DNA of 64,000 nt from Harriotta raleighana (lineage: Eukaryota), in contig JBNZDD010013726.1 in NCBI GenBank assembly GCA_050575255.1, positions 8,136,959-8,200,958 on the forward strand, in the 5' to 3' direction. Position 1 is the first letter of the stretch; the number at the start of each line of letters is the position of its first letter. Position numbers and translations under genes: made by a program. Positions 1 through 12,600 of the stretch are shown here, in pieces. Under the pieces are notes generated by a model, which ran no database searches, was not told where the DNA came from, and saw only the letters and a program-made list of their open reading frames with translations.

Positions 1-85
1 AAATATACAGTCAATTCACTTTACAGAATATTCTGTGAAGCGCTTTGAGATGTGTAGAAGATGTGAAAAGCAAGGATTTTTATTC
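1..85 (+). mobile_element. tRNA-derived Deu-type SINE, 3' fragment
   Basis: cagtcaattcactttacag..ttctgtgaagcgctttgaga matches the full copies at 22091 and 61549. Confidence 0.75.
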
Positions 86-365
86 TTTAGATATGTCTGG
101 CTTTAGATGAGGCCGAGTTAAGACGTTCAAATGAATAAAGAAATACTGTATTAATGAAGAACAATGAAGTGTGATGGGGGGATGCAGAATATGATGAAAA
201 TCCAACAAAATTAAAAGAATCCCCATATTTTGATACAGATTAACACTTGAATTATGGTGGGCATATTATCCCAAACTGAATTGTGTGTGTCATGCATGCA
301 TATAAAAAGTAAGTATACTTTACAGATGCAAAACTAAACTCACTAGGAATATTGGTTCTTCTGAG

Positions 366-518
366 GATCGTTTGTGGGACGCTGCTGTGTGCAATTGGCT
401 GCTTATTTCGCCCACATATATCTAGTCAATTCACTTTATAGTATATTCAATGAAGTGCTTTGGGACATCTAAAAGACATGAAATGCGCTAATATCAAATG
501 CAAGGATTATTATTATTA
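366..518 (+). mobile_element. Deu-type SINE, 3' half with (TTA)n tail
   Basis: gggacgctgctgtgtgcaattggctgc...tcaaatgcaaggattattatta. Confidence 0.85.
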
Positions 519-2415
519 AATAATAAGCCAAACTCACTGTGTAATTCCATTCATATAGAAAATATTTTAACATCTAACNAATAATAAGGCAAACTCACTG
601 TGTAATTCCATTCATATAGAAAATATTTTAACATCTAACTCATCTCCTGACCATCTAATGGGTTTATCTATTTTGAGTGATCAGTGTATGAAAAATACCA
701 ATACTTGGCAAAAAATATCCGAACACAGTACTTTGGTTTCCACCCACCCAAAACAAAATCAAGAAATGCAGAATTATGTCATGTTGGTGTGTAAGACTAC
801 AGGAAAATGATCTCGCTGTTCCGAATATAAGAACATGTAGTTTGTTGGGATACAATATAAATTACTTAGACAATACAGGCCAATAAAATACCTTGTATAT
901 ATTATAAGAATATATAATTTTCAAGAAATACAGGGTGTTAAAGGGAATTGAATACACTGCAAACATATAATAAATCTCCAAAACAGTGACAATTTTCAAC
1001 AAGAAAACAACCTACCATATAAGCAAATTATTACTTCAAAGACTTGCCGTTGACACTTAGTACACAGTGTTGGGTTAAACCAAAGAGTTTACATCAACTA
1101 GTATGGCTTAAAGCTTATATGGGATGAAAAGCTTTACTTAGATCACGTGAAATCTGTGAGTCATAGGTGGAATGTGATACAATATGTAAACATTCTTCAT
1201 TTTGAATTCATGAAGAACGAATGAACAATTTTGAGTGATTTTATCCAATTCATTTCTAGCTGTGCTAACACCCACTTACTTACTGTGACAAAATGCAGTT
1301 ATGAATACAGCGATTAAAACACCAGCCACAATTCTGTTGCAAAACTAGGTGAATCAAATGGAACTAATTTCATCCAACTCTACGGAATATTAATAAAGTT
1401 AATGAAACAAATTGTGAAAAGCAGTCTAATCGAGAGAGATGACAAAGCTGATTTGAAGGCTTTTTCTTTTTTTTACTAATATACATTGTGATATCTGCAT
1501 TGACTGGAGACAATTCTTTACACAGTGTACACTGTAACACACAACAGGCACTGCATGCTCTGTACAAACAACTGACGCGTTGTCATCTCTAGCACATATT
1601 ATTAACCAAACACACTTTACTTAGTGAAAGCACCAAATGATTGTGTTAGTTGCATTACTGTGTCAGCAGCATGTATGAAAGAGAATACAATGTCATTGAT
1701 GTTTACGTAACCAGATTTAGTTTTCACACATAGCAGATGAGTGACTACTGATGATTCAACTCAACGAAAAAATCAGGCAAGTTACCACTCTTACAACACC
1801 GCGTGCTGTACCTGTGGGAAAATGCACTTGATATAAAATGTCGTCCTACAAATTTAAAGAGTATCCCTTTACATTCAACCAATTACACTAAATGTTACAC
1901 AATTATCCAGTGAAATGGATATTTTTGTTGACATTTTTCCAATCCTGCAAGAGAATACTTATATGTCATGATCCCACTTTTTTTTTCTAATAGTGTTATT
2001 GATAGTCGATGTGTCACTGATTTTAGCTTTCCAAAGTGCAACTAACTCTTTAATAGAACAGTTCTGTTGACTGCACATTTTGTATGTTTCATTTAAAACC
2101 ATATACGTCCATTGATAGAAAAATAATGAAAAACTTTAACTTACGTGAGCTATATTTGCAGACTAATTTAAAAATAATGTCCACATTGTGGCAACACTAA
2201 ATGCATCTTTTGCAGCTTGAAATACAAATACATAATACTGCTTTTATGATAATCTTGTATGTGCTGTACATATATATATGCATACACACATATAATCTAT
2301 GTAATTCGAAACATATGCACACTGGAAATATGCAAACAAACACATAAGCATTATACAAAACTTACAGACAACTTGTAGCTATAATGATTGATTGTAGAGT
2401 TATTGATCTCAAAAA

Positions 2416-3649
2416 CTATACAGTAGTTTCGTTTTTCCAAGGTCCAGTTCTTATGTTTCCTGTACTATCTGATGTGTAAATCATGGCTTCATGCAGATTT
2501 CCCTTGAGTATTCCATTTTGGTTGGTTACACTTAGTGGACACGACTGTCTCCTTGGGTGCATCTCAAAAGTAACTGCTTGGTGAATAGGCTCTGTGGTGA
2601 TTCCGCTGTCCACTTTAGCACACCCATACAGCACTGTGCTGGCATCACTGCTTTCAGGCTGGCAGAAGGTAGGATACTGATCGCCTTTTGTTGAGACAGC
2701 TTGCCTTTGGCAGGTCTGGCCATCCTGGATACTGTGGTGACTTTCTGTATGCGAGCTGTGAGCACTTCCATCCATGCTGGAAGGAATATGATATGCATAT
2801 TCTCGCTGGGTCGCAGATCTGCTGTGACGAATGAAATGTCGTGGCTTTGTTCGGCTCTTTTGACATCTGTGAATATGCATCCCAGATCTGCACGTACTGT
2901 CTGCGTGTAGATGAATATGGCCTTCATCATCAATAATTTGTTCATTATGCATTTTAGCACAACAGGGTGCAACTGGAGAAAGGCAGTTCACATGATTTTG
3001 AACAGCCTGCAGATTCGTTAACTTGCAGAGTCCAGTGACTGAGTGATTACAACTGGAAGATGATTTGCTAGGACAAGGGGAATCCAGGAGACATGGTGCA
3101 TGAAGCTGAGCATCACCATTCATTGTAACCTGAGGTCGGACATTCATTCGTACAGAGTATGTATTTTTATTTGATTTGCAGCAAGACCACCAACAATGCC
3201 AGACATCATCACGCTTTGCACAGTGATGGACGAGAATGAAAAGTCCTAAGGTCACTGAAACTGCTCCGTACAAGCAACTGAAGATCATATCCAGGAAATG
3301 TCCTTGTGAGACTGCAAGGGCTCCAAAGGTCCACATGGCAATAAACAGAAATAAAGTGAACACGGAAGCACGAAGCTGAGCCTTGAAAGAATGTTCATTC
3401 TCCAGCATTGAAGAAGAGACCATCGAACATGTATGTGACACAGAGCCAGAGTCTGTCACATGACTGGGACCTACCTCCGTGCCTGCCAATCGTTGCTGCT
3501 CTTCTGTCATTTCTTTCAGCTCATACTTCCTCTCAGGATGACGCTTGAGTTGTACCAATGCACATAGAAAATATACACAACTCACTAGCACAATGAACGC
3601 CGCAGGCCCGTAAAATGCACCGAGACTGGGCTCCCATGCCATCCAACAA
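2416..3649 (-). CDS. ADGRA1: ADGRA1 last coding exon: ECL2, TM5-TM7 and long cytoplasmic tail with class I PDZ-binding motif ETTV
   Basis: Acceptor tctactcacAG|T TGT TGG gives (Y)[15 protein letters not shown]; open frame of 411 codons to TAG at 2416-2418. Confidence 0.96.
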
Positions 3650-6600
3650 CTGTGAGTAGAAAAGAAATCCATTCATTTATAAATTGTAAGTCAGAAGATG
3701 AAAAGGAAATAATCAGCGAGTGTTTTGATCGGTTTATACATAGCCCCCCCAAAAAGAAACAGTGTCACGAGCGGGTTAAAACGACCAGATTCCCATTTAA
3801 CTTCTTTTAAAAATAAAAAGACACTCCACATTAACAGGTAAGATGGTTTCACCAGGAAAGCACTTTGTGATTTTGAAGTATGAAGCAGTCAGTGTAAATC
3901 AATTTGATCTTTGGTCATAAAACGGTCCCATAAAAGGTTGTGGCAGCCTATTGGTAGAACAAGCACGAATTGCGCATTTAGAGAGCTCAGCTCCTTTGCA
4001 CGAGTTATTTTTGATAATTAAAAACATTTATAAATGGCATTTCTCACTATTAATCACTTTTATTGCTGAAAGCTGGATTTAATGCATTTTAAGTAATTAT
4101 GTTTGTTTATATTCCAGATACAAACTACTTGCTACATTAGTTTAATTTTTATGTATTCACAACCATATGGTGATTTTTGATGGTGGTATTGATAGTGTTC
4201 AAATTCATATAGTAATATTTACACTGGCAAAAAGCATTTGTGAATCAATGCCCTCATAGGGGAGGAGGATGTAGTGCTGGAGCAAAAAGTGTTGCTTAAT
4301 ATCATTTAGATTAGTAGCTGGAACATGCTTCTGTACTTACTAGGGTGTCATGTCTTCACTCCCGTAATTGTTGATATTCGTTGCAGCAGTGATTCCACAA
4401 ATTATGAAAGGAATGCCTCCGCCAATCAAATAAAACCTACAAAAGATCAGTAGCCAGATCAAAGTACTGTAACTTTTTTTTTAAAAAAACACATTGAGCA
4501 GGTAGCAAAATTACAATTCAATGCACTATTTTAGAAAGTAATAAGAAATATAGTAACAAGAAATGGATCAAGCCTGGTATAAGATCAAGCTAATTTACTC
4601 AAGAATTAAATCAATTCTGATCAGAGTATTCAGCATACTTTCTGTATAAACATTAATAGATAATTGCTATATAGCAAAAAATCATAAAAGAGCCCTATTG
4701 GAATATAATCTATTAAACATACAAATTGAACATTACTCTAAAGGATAAACATAGTTATAGAAAACACTAGATTATAACTTCATTCAGGATGTGCTAAAAG
4801 CAATCTACCAATTGTCCAGACACGGATCACATCCCTCAACTTCAACAGGATTTTGAAGAAATGAAAGTGCTAAATATAGCAACTCTGTATTGTGTGAGCA
4901 GGCCCTGCGGATATCACAACCAAAGGCAAAGCAAAATAATTTTTGACAGGTGAATCATTTCCACTTGCATTCACAAGGTTAAACTAAAAACAGAATTGAT
5001 ATCTATTACGTTTAAAGAAGTAATGGATTCGCTTAAGGATTCTATAAATTTAGAGGCTTTTGATCCTATCCTAAAGGGTCACTGACAATTGTTTCCATGT
5101 CAGGTATTTTAGCCCTGAGTATCTGAGAGGCTTGTTCTGGTATCCAACTCTCATCTCCATGGTCACATAATCTCATGAGATTATGTGAAAGTACAATCAA
5201 ATCAGATCCATAATCAGTCTCAATGTCTGACCTCTATCCCATTACTCATAAAATACATCACATATACATCAAAAACCTGGCTGCCTGTCACAATGGGAGG
5301 GCAGGAGATCTAGTCTCAATTTCCCCACTGAGTTAATAGATAAGAATTGTAACGCCAGTACTGGCATTTTGATTGTTTGATTCCCACCAGCAGAAGATTG
5401 TGAATAAACTATCCTCTGTTTATTGGATTGAAACTGCGTCAAAGTCGATATCAAACTATCCTCTGTTTATTGGATTTAAACTGCGTCAAAGTCGATATCC
5501 AACAACAGCTTGCATTTATATATAACTCCCTTCTCATGGAGTATGGTACTGGAGCCCCTGAAGTCGATATTCCTGGGCACTGAACGCCAGTGAGGCCCCC
5601 GGGGGCGCACGCTAGGATAGAGGGCTGGGGGAGTATGTACGCGGACTACAGACATTTTAAAAATATTTCTGTTTCAGCCAAGGATTTACTGTATGTAAAC
5701 TGTTCCACCTGAGGCACTAGCTCATTGCTATTCTGTGAAGCGCTTTGGGACGTCGATAAGATGTGAAAAGCGCTATATCAAATGCAAGGATTATTATTAT
5801 TGCTATAAATTACAACATACAAAACAAGCCGTCTTGAGAATCATCATTTCAGTGTAGAGTATTCAGTGTATTTACCTACATACCAGTTGCACTTCAATGG
5901 TTTGAATTGTGCAGCTAACTTTTAGAGGCTTGCTTTTTAGAGAAACTGCATAGGATCGATGTAACCTTACCTCTGTACTCTTCTGACAATTAAGTGTTGC
6001 TGACTCTGGTAATATAAATTGTAACTACAGCAAGAGATTGAAATCCATGATTTTTCCATGTACAGTATTACTTTAGGGCAGTTCGCTGTATTTCTTTCTC
6101 AAATCTAATTTGATTTTCAATAGCTGCATGATGCAAATGTAAATAAATATGGAATATTTTAAAAGTTTATTTCTCTAAATTTAGGTGCAGCAATATAATA
6201 AATTTCCCATTTCAAAATATTAATGAATTCTTGCTCTGAACAAATTGACAAGGAGGCCTGTAAGCAATTGAATGGCAATTTTTTCACAAAGCATTTGATG
6301 CAATCAATGTAAATGTTATCTGAAATTGTATTTCTGCCACGTGCCAAAGAATCAAATTTATCTGAATTACCAGGCACCCCACAGCAGCTTTGAAAGTCAA
6401 TTACCATCAAGATGCCCTTCTCCCTTTCACAACAAGTGAGGCACTATTAATCTGTCATCCGAAATCAGGATACGTTTCAGATAAGTGACTATTTTTTAAA
6501 TGAAATTTTTTTTGCAATATTTACCAGATTAATTGATCAATGGAAATGAAGAAGGAAAAAATGGTTGGAAAGTTAATTTGTTATATCATAGGAACAGGAG

Positions 6601-9600
6601 TGGGCCATTCAGCCCCTCGAGCCTATGCCACCATCCTATTAGATCGTACATGATCTGTACTTCATTTCCAATTACAGTATCTGCCTGTGCTCCATATGCC
6701 TTATACCTTTATCAGCCACATGAAATGTGCAATATTCCTAAAAAATTATAATGAAGATTTATTCCCAATTCCTCCCTTCATAGGCTGCAGATAATCCAGA
6801 ACTCTGTGGCCCGTGTCCTCTAGCACTCCAAGCTCCATGACCCCATGTCAACCATTCTCGCCCAACTGCCTTGGCTCCCCATCACCCAGAGGATTCAATT
6901 CAAGGTTCTGGGTCCTCACGTTCAAAGCCCTCCATGGCCTCAGCCCACCCTAACTATGCAATCTCCCAACACCCTACCATCCAGCCTGCCCCCTCCGCTC
7001 ATCAGGCTCCAGCCTGCTCTATGCCCCCCTACCCATCCGCTTCACCATCGGATGTGAGCCTTCAGCCACTCTGCCCCTAACCTCTGGAATTCTATCCCAG
7101 TTCCTCCGCCACGCCTCGCTCCCTAGCCTCCTTCAAGTCCCGCCTCAAGACCCTCCTCTTCAACAGTCCCATTGGTCACCCCAAATCTCTTCCTCTCCCT
7201 CCACCTTCCCCGATCCTGACCCCAGCTCGGGTCTGAAACATTGACTGTCCAGGCCTTGGGACATCCTTCCGACATGAATGATGCTATACAAATGTAATTT
7301 TGCTGTTGTTGCTAAAAAGTATGATCTACAATGGAATTTAAAAAAATCTAGCCTTTAGTATTTACTACATATGTTCTGTAACACACATTCTGTCAATTAT
7401 ATGGAAATCTTAATGTCTCATTCATTTCACTGTGAACTCACTTGCTAAATCCTATGTCTATTCTGCACATGAAGATATTATTTGGCATTTTCCCAGGAAA
7501 TTATGTGGGAAGCATGCCAGGCTGGTGTCTTTACTAGTGATTGAGTAGAACTTACTGATAAGTTAGATACTGATGAAATAGTATATCAATGCATTACAAA
7601 CTTTAATGATATCCACTCTGCCCTGTACTTTCAGTTAATAAATCAATAACCTTTGGTACTCTTGGGAGTTACTCAATTGTATCCAGCTCATGTTTTCACA
7701 TCCAGCTGGATCCAGAGTTGACAGCCATCAGCTAAAGGCTGTAGATTGCTTTATATCGACAGCCATTAATGGCTTTGCAAAAGAAGGGAATTACGAGCTC
7801 TTCGCCAATGAGAGAAGACTATCCAAGAATACACAGTTCGTAAAGTGGACATTTTTATTGATAGTTTTCAAACATAATAATTTATTTGTTCATTTGCGTT
7901 TCCTGTTTTTAATTATTTAGAACTATTATAGGAATTTTTTTAACACATTAGAAAGATGAAAATGGAGTTAGGCCTGTGTCCCTGCGATGTTACTAACAAA
8001 TTGTGACCTTTTTCCAAGGAGAAGCCATATGTGTGTTTTTCATTCTGTGACTTATCCTGAACTAATCATTCCTGCTACAGGCAAAACAGAAACCTGAAAC
8101 AATACATCTTGACATTCCTTCTCCTGCATTTTCTCTTTATTTTGAGGTGGATTCACGGAACAGTGGAGAAGGCACCTAATATTCACTCTCAACTTTCTGT
8201 TCTGTAGAGACAATCAGATTGTTCCTCATACACAAACCTGATATCTTTTAAAACCTGGCTATTGGAACAAAATAATCAAGCGAAATGACCCTCAAATATT
8301 TAAAAAATGACATAGATGAAGAAAGTGTACGTTGATTTAAATTATCATCAAAAGCTTCCAATTGTAAAACATCTTATGCTTTAAAAAAAATGTTGCATGT
8401 AATATCTTTACCCGAGCGTATACCTGAAAAAAACAAAGTGCTATATATTTTGGTGACCAATTATAGATACTTTTCTCCTAAAAGTGGATTTAGAAAGATG
8501 CACTTGCCTATGGCTGGCCTCCTAATTTAAGGCTCTGTTTTTCTACTCAAATAAAAATAGGTTGGAATCAGTGAGTCAGAATGCCTAGCCTGACACTTCC
8601 AACAGTTCTGTTGCTCAGTATATTCAGTAGAGCGTGGCAAAAGCACTGTTGTTCAGCTTCTGAAACCACAATTTCAAGGACATATTTTATAGAATCTTAA
8701 AGACTGAGATTTTCTATATATTGACTGATGTTTACACTATTGTGCCGCATATATTCTAGGCATTAAAAGATAAAGTAATAATGTTATTAAACATGGAACA
8801 TGAAGAATACATCTATCATATTTTATGATAATTTTTGCATTTGATAGAAGCACTTTTTCATATGATGCTATAATAATCCTTGCATTGGATATAACGCTTT
8901 TCACATCTTCTAGACATCTCAAAACACTTCACAGAATATACATGAAAAGCGTGACATCAAATGCAAGGATTATTAATACTATTCTTGTGTAAAGTCAATG
9001 CATATTTGTGGGCGAAACCCAGCAGCCAATTGTGCACAGCAGTGTCCCACAGCAATCGTGGATTGAAGTGACCAATTTATTTTATTTAAATTTTTTGGTT
9101 GAGAGGCTATTTCAACAATCTTCACAGGATATACGGTACTATAAAGTGTAGTGATCGAGTATTTTGTAGGTAAATGTGCCAGTCAATTTGCACACAGCAT
9201 TGTCCCACAAAAAGAATGACACCATTATTTTGAGTACTGTTACTATCCCTTGCAGAAGTCTGCAACACACCTATTCCAGAGGTGGTGCTGAGCATCTATC
9301 ATCATCTTTTTCTGGACCAACATTTAATCTCTCCAGCTAAACAGTGGTTTAATTTCACTCGTTTATCTTCTTTAAAAGTTTCAGACATCGGCCTTCATCA
9401 AAAGCCTCAAGGGATTCTGGAAGAATCCTCTAAAATGTTCTCTTTCATTTTCTCCATGAGCAGCAATTATTTAAAAAATAGATTTACAACCCTTCCATTC
9501 TTGTTTCATGTTTCTACATATTGAAATTACACAAACTATCCTCCATTCTCAAGAAGAGAATCAACCTCCTAAAAATATTAACAAGTTTCACTATTTCCTT

Positions 9601-12600
9601 TCCCTAAGGATTTGATCTTGTATCCCAGATGGTCCGAATATTCAAAAGGCAGCATGTTTCAAGTATTTTTTCAGTGGCTTGACACATCTCCTAATCTTGC
9701 TGATCTCAGATGAGATTATAATTAATCCTTTGCATTTGATATAGCCCGTTTCACGTCTTCTAGACGTCTCAAAGAGCTTCACAGAATATACTGTAAAATG
9801 AATTGACTGTATACTTGTTGTTGACATTGTCCATGAATGTGTAATTGAAAGTCTTTCAGAGCTAGTTGGATGGCAATAAATTTTGGATTGTTTACATGCT
9901 ACTGGAATTTCTTAGGTTCCCAAATTCTTCTGAGCTACCTGTCTTCCAGATTATATTACTAATAGCAGAAAGCATTTTTCTAAGAGGCAGAAAAATAATT
10001 TGTTCTTTAGACTGATATCAGGTGCTTGAAATAGAGATTATCAATGAAAATATTCTTCTATGAGTAATTGGAAGAAGAGGTAAGAAATAGATAATCATTG
10101 AGTATTTCATTTACTCAGGTATTAAAGGGAGATTACAATGTCACCTCATTTTTTGACTGTGAAATTTGCAGTTTGCAGGATTTGAGTTTTGGAAACTAAC
10201 TGTCGAAATGGACTACATTAGTTTTAGTAAATTACCATATGTGGAGGAAAATAAATGAAGAACAATTACTACTTCATGCTTTTGTTAATCAATTTCTACA
10301 CACTAAAGTAGTATTTTGATGCATTGAGCTTGCATATCATTAGGCTAATATTTTTAAATTAGTCTGCAATCATAATTGCCTAGGCTTTGTTATACAATGT
10401 GTACGTATGCACAATTAGTTGTGTAATATAGCATAATTCACAGTTATATTTAAAGAATTGGATTACACATGAATTATTCTTATTCCCTAACAAATAGTAA
10501 GGGTTGATAATGCTTCTTGAATTGAGGAAACATTTAGCCAAAGTACAAAGACAATAACAATATTTTTGAATTAAAAACAAATTAGTGTTGTGTAACAACC
10601 GCATATGGTGTTTCTAAGATCTTCCATTTACAACAAAAATGAAGGATAAACAGTTCATATACAATCTTATCCATAAGTTGTGTTCTAGTAAAGTCTTCTG
10701 GGCAGGCCACACGTAGACTACTGCCGTGTTTCACCCACAAATATACAGTCAATTCACTTTATAATATATTCTGTGAAGCGCTTTGAGACTTCCAGAAGAC
10801 GTAAAAAGTACCATATCAAATGCAAGGATTCATATTATTATTATTACATATCTAATCACCTTAGCATAAAGTAGCTGATCAGACCCGAGAGGCAGTGCAC
10901 CAGAAAGNTTATCTAATCATAATCATACCTTAGCATAAAGTAGCTGATCAGACCCGAGAGGCAGTGCACCAGAAAGTAACAAGCATGATAGCCAATGTTA
11001 GAACAATAAGCTGTGAGAGCTTTTAAATAAGTAAGAACTCTGCAGATGAAACCTCATAGAAGGATATAAATTAAGATTTTAAATGTGATTGAGAAAAGTG
11101 AACCCCCAAACAACACTTTTGGATACGCCAGTGCAGCAGAAGATAAGGGTATGAATACACGGGAGCAAAGAGCAATGAATGATAGATACCTGGATGTATT
11201 TATTTACTTAGAAGGTGATTAATGAATGAACTGAGTCACCAGGAAAGGCTGTTGAGATCAGGATGCTGATGGACTCATTTAGGAAACAGCTTGATGCTAT
11301 GTTGGACGGATGGCATGCTGGTGATTCTAAAACTCATTTTTATATAATTGCAGGATACTGCATTTTTGCTTTGCCATAACTTCAGGTGCAGTCGTCAAAA
11401 TGATGTAAAAATTATATTCATTATTATAATAATAATAATAATAATCCTTGCATTTGATATAGCGCTTTTCACATCTTATCGACGTCTCAAAGCACTTCAC
11501 AGAATACACCGTAAAGTGAATTGACTGTATATTTGAAGACGAAGCATTGATGACAACTGGCCATTAAACAAACATCTCACAACGCTTCTCTACTCAAATG
11601 AGTGAAGATTGCTCAAATAGNGCCATTAAACAAACATCTCACAATGCTTCTCTACTCAAATGAGTGAAGATTGCTCAAATAGTTCAACAAAGTGAGCTCA
11701 ACAGGTTTGCAGTAAATGTTTCCACGTTTGACTGCTTAGACCCATTACACCCAAATATAGCTCGATGGCACAGTCCCCCACCACAGCAGGCTACGTGTTG
11801 CATTAATCTAATTCCCAACTGACTGAGTTCCAATTCTCACAAGAGCACATCTTGTGAAATGTTCATGTTCATGTCTGTAAGAATTCACAAGCAATGTTAG
11901 TGTGTGGAGGGTGGGGTGGGCGCGAAGTGGTGGTATATGTTTGATACAAAAAGAATATGACAGTTCGGTCAGTAGGTAGCTTCTAGAAGGTGCTTGGCTC
12001 GGAACATACTGATGAGGGAGAAATAAATTGTGGGGATAAAAACACAAATAGACGCTAGTCAGAATTATTGTTTTTGTTTTGCCTGCGATTCTTTTTGATG
12101 AGTTTAAANGTGGGGTGGGCGCGAAGTGGTGGTATATGTTCGATACAAAAAGAATATGACAGTTCGGTCAGTAGGTAGCTTCTAGAAGGTGCTTGGCTCG
12201 GAACATACTGATGAGGAAGAAATAAATTGTGGGGATAAAAACACAAATAGACGCTAATCAGAATTATTGTTTTTGTTTTGCCTGCGATTCTTTTTGATGA
12301 GTTTAAAAATGCCACAAACATTCCCCTGTGGAACAAACAGTGAATATGTTATTTTGTTCATTTCAAAAGGAAGCAAACCTTTCTGATTTCTTAGTCTCTT
12401 ACCGTAGCATTGGTTGTTGTGGGTGAGGAGGCTGGTCAGCATCTTGGTATTGAGGAGGTTTTTTTGTTACTTGCTTATAAATGTTCCTGGCTGTGACACT
12501 TATCCAGAAGATTGTGGATAGAGTAGAATAATGCAGAACTATTCCAACCTAAACACACACAAAGACAGTTAATTAGGTAAACAGAAAAAAAAATGGATTT

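Noticed and set aside
640-2415. 3' UTR extent and polyadenylation site
   Set aside because: The repeat-free stretch is probably UTR, but I found no clear minus-strand AATAAA (only ATTAAA near 2049), so the end cannot be placed.
2532-2972. 146-aa and shorter ORFs overlapping the last exon
   Set aside because: Alternative-frame or antisense shadows of coding sequence with no recognisable motifs.
3650-3672. Start Met of the 418-aa ORF (MDFFSTHS)
   Set aside because: Intronic read-through; the acceptor AG is at 3650-3651 and the frame continues from the exon at 4341-4436.
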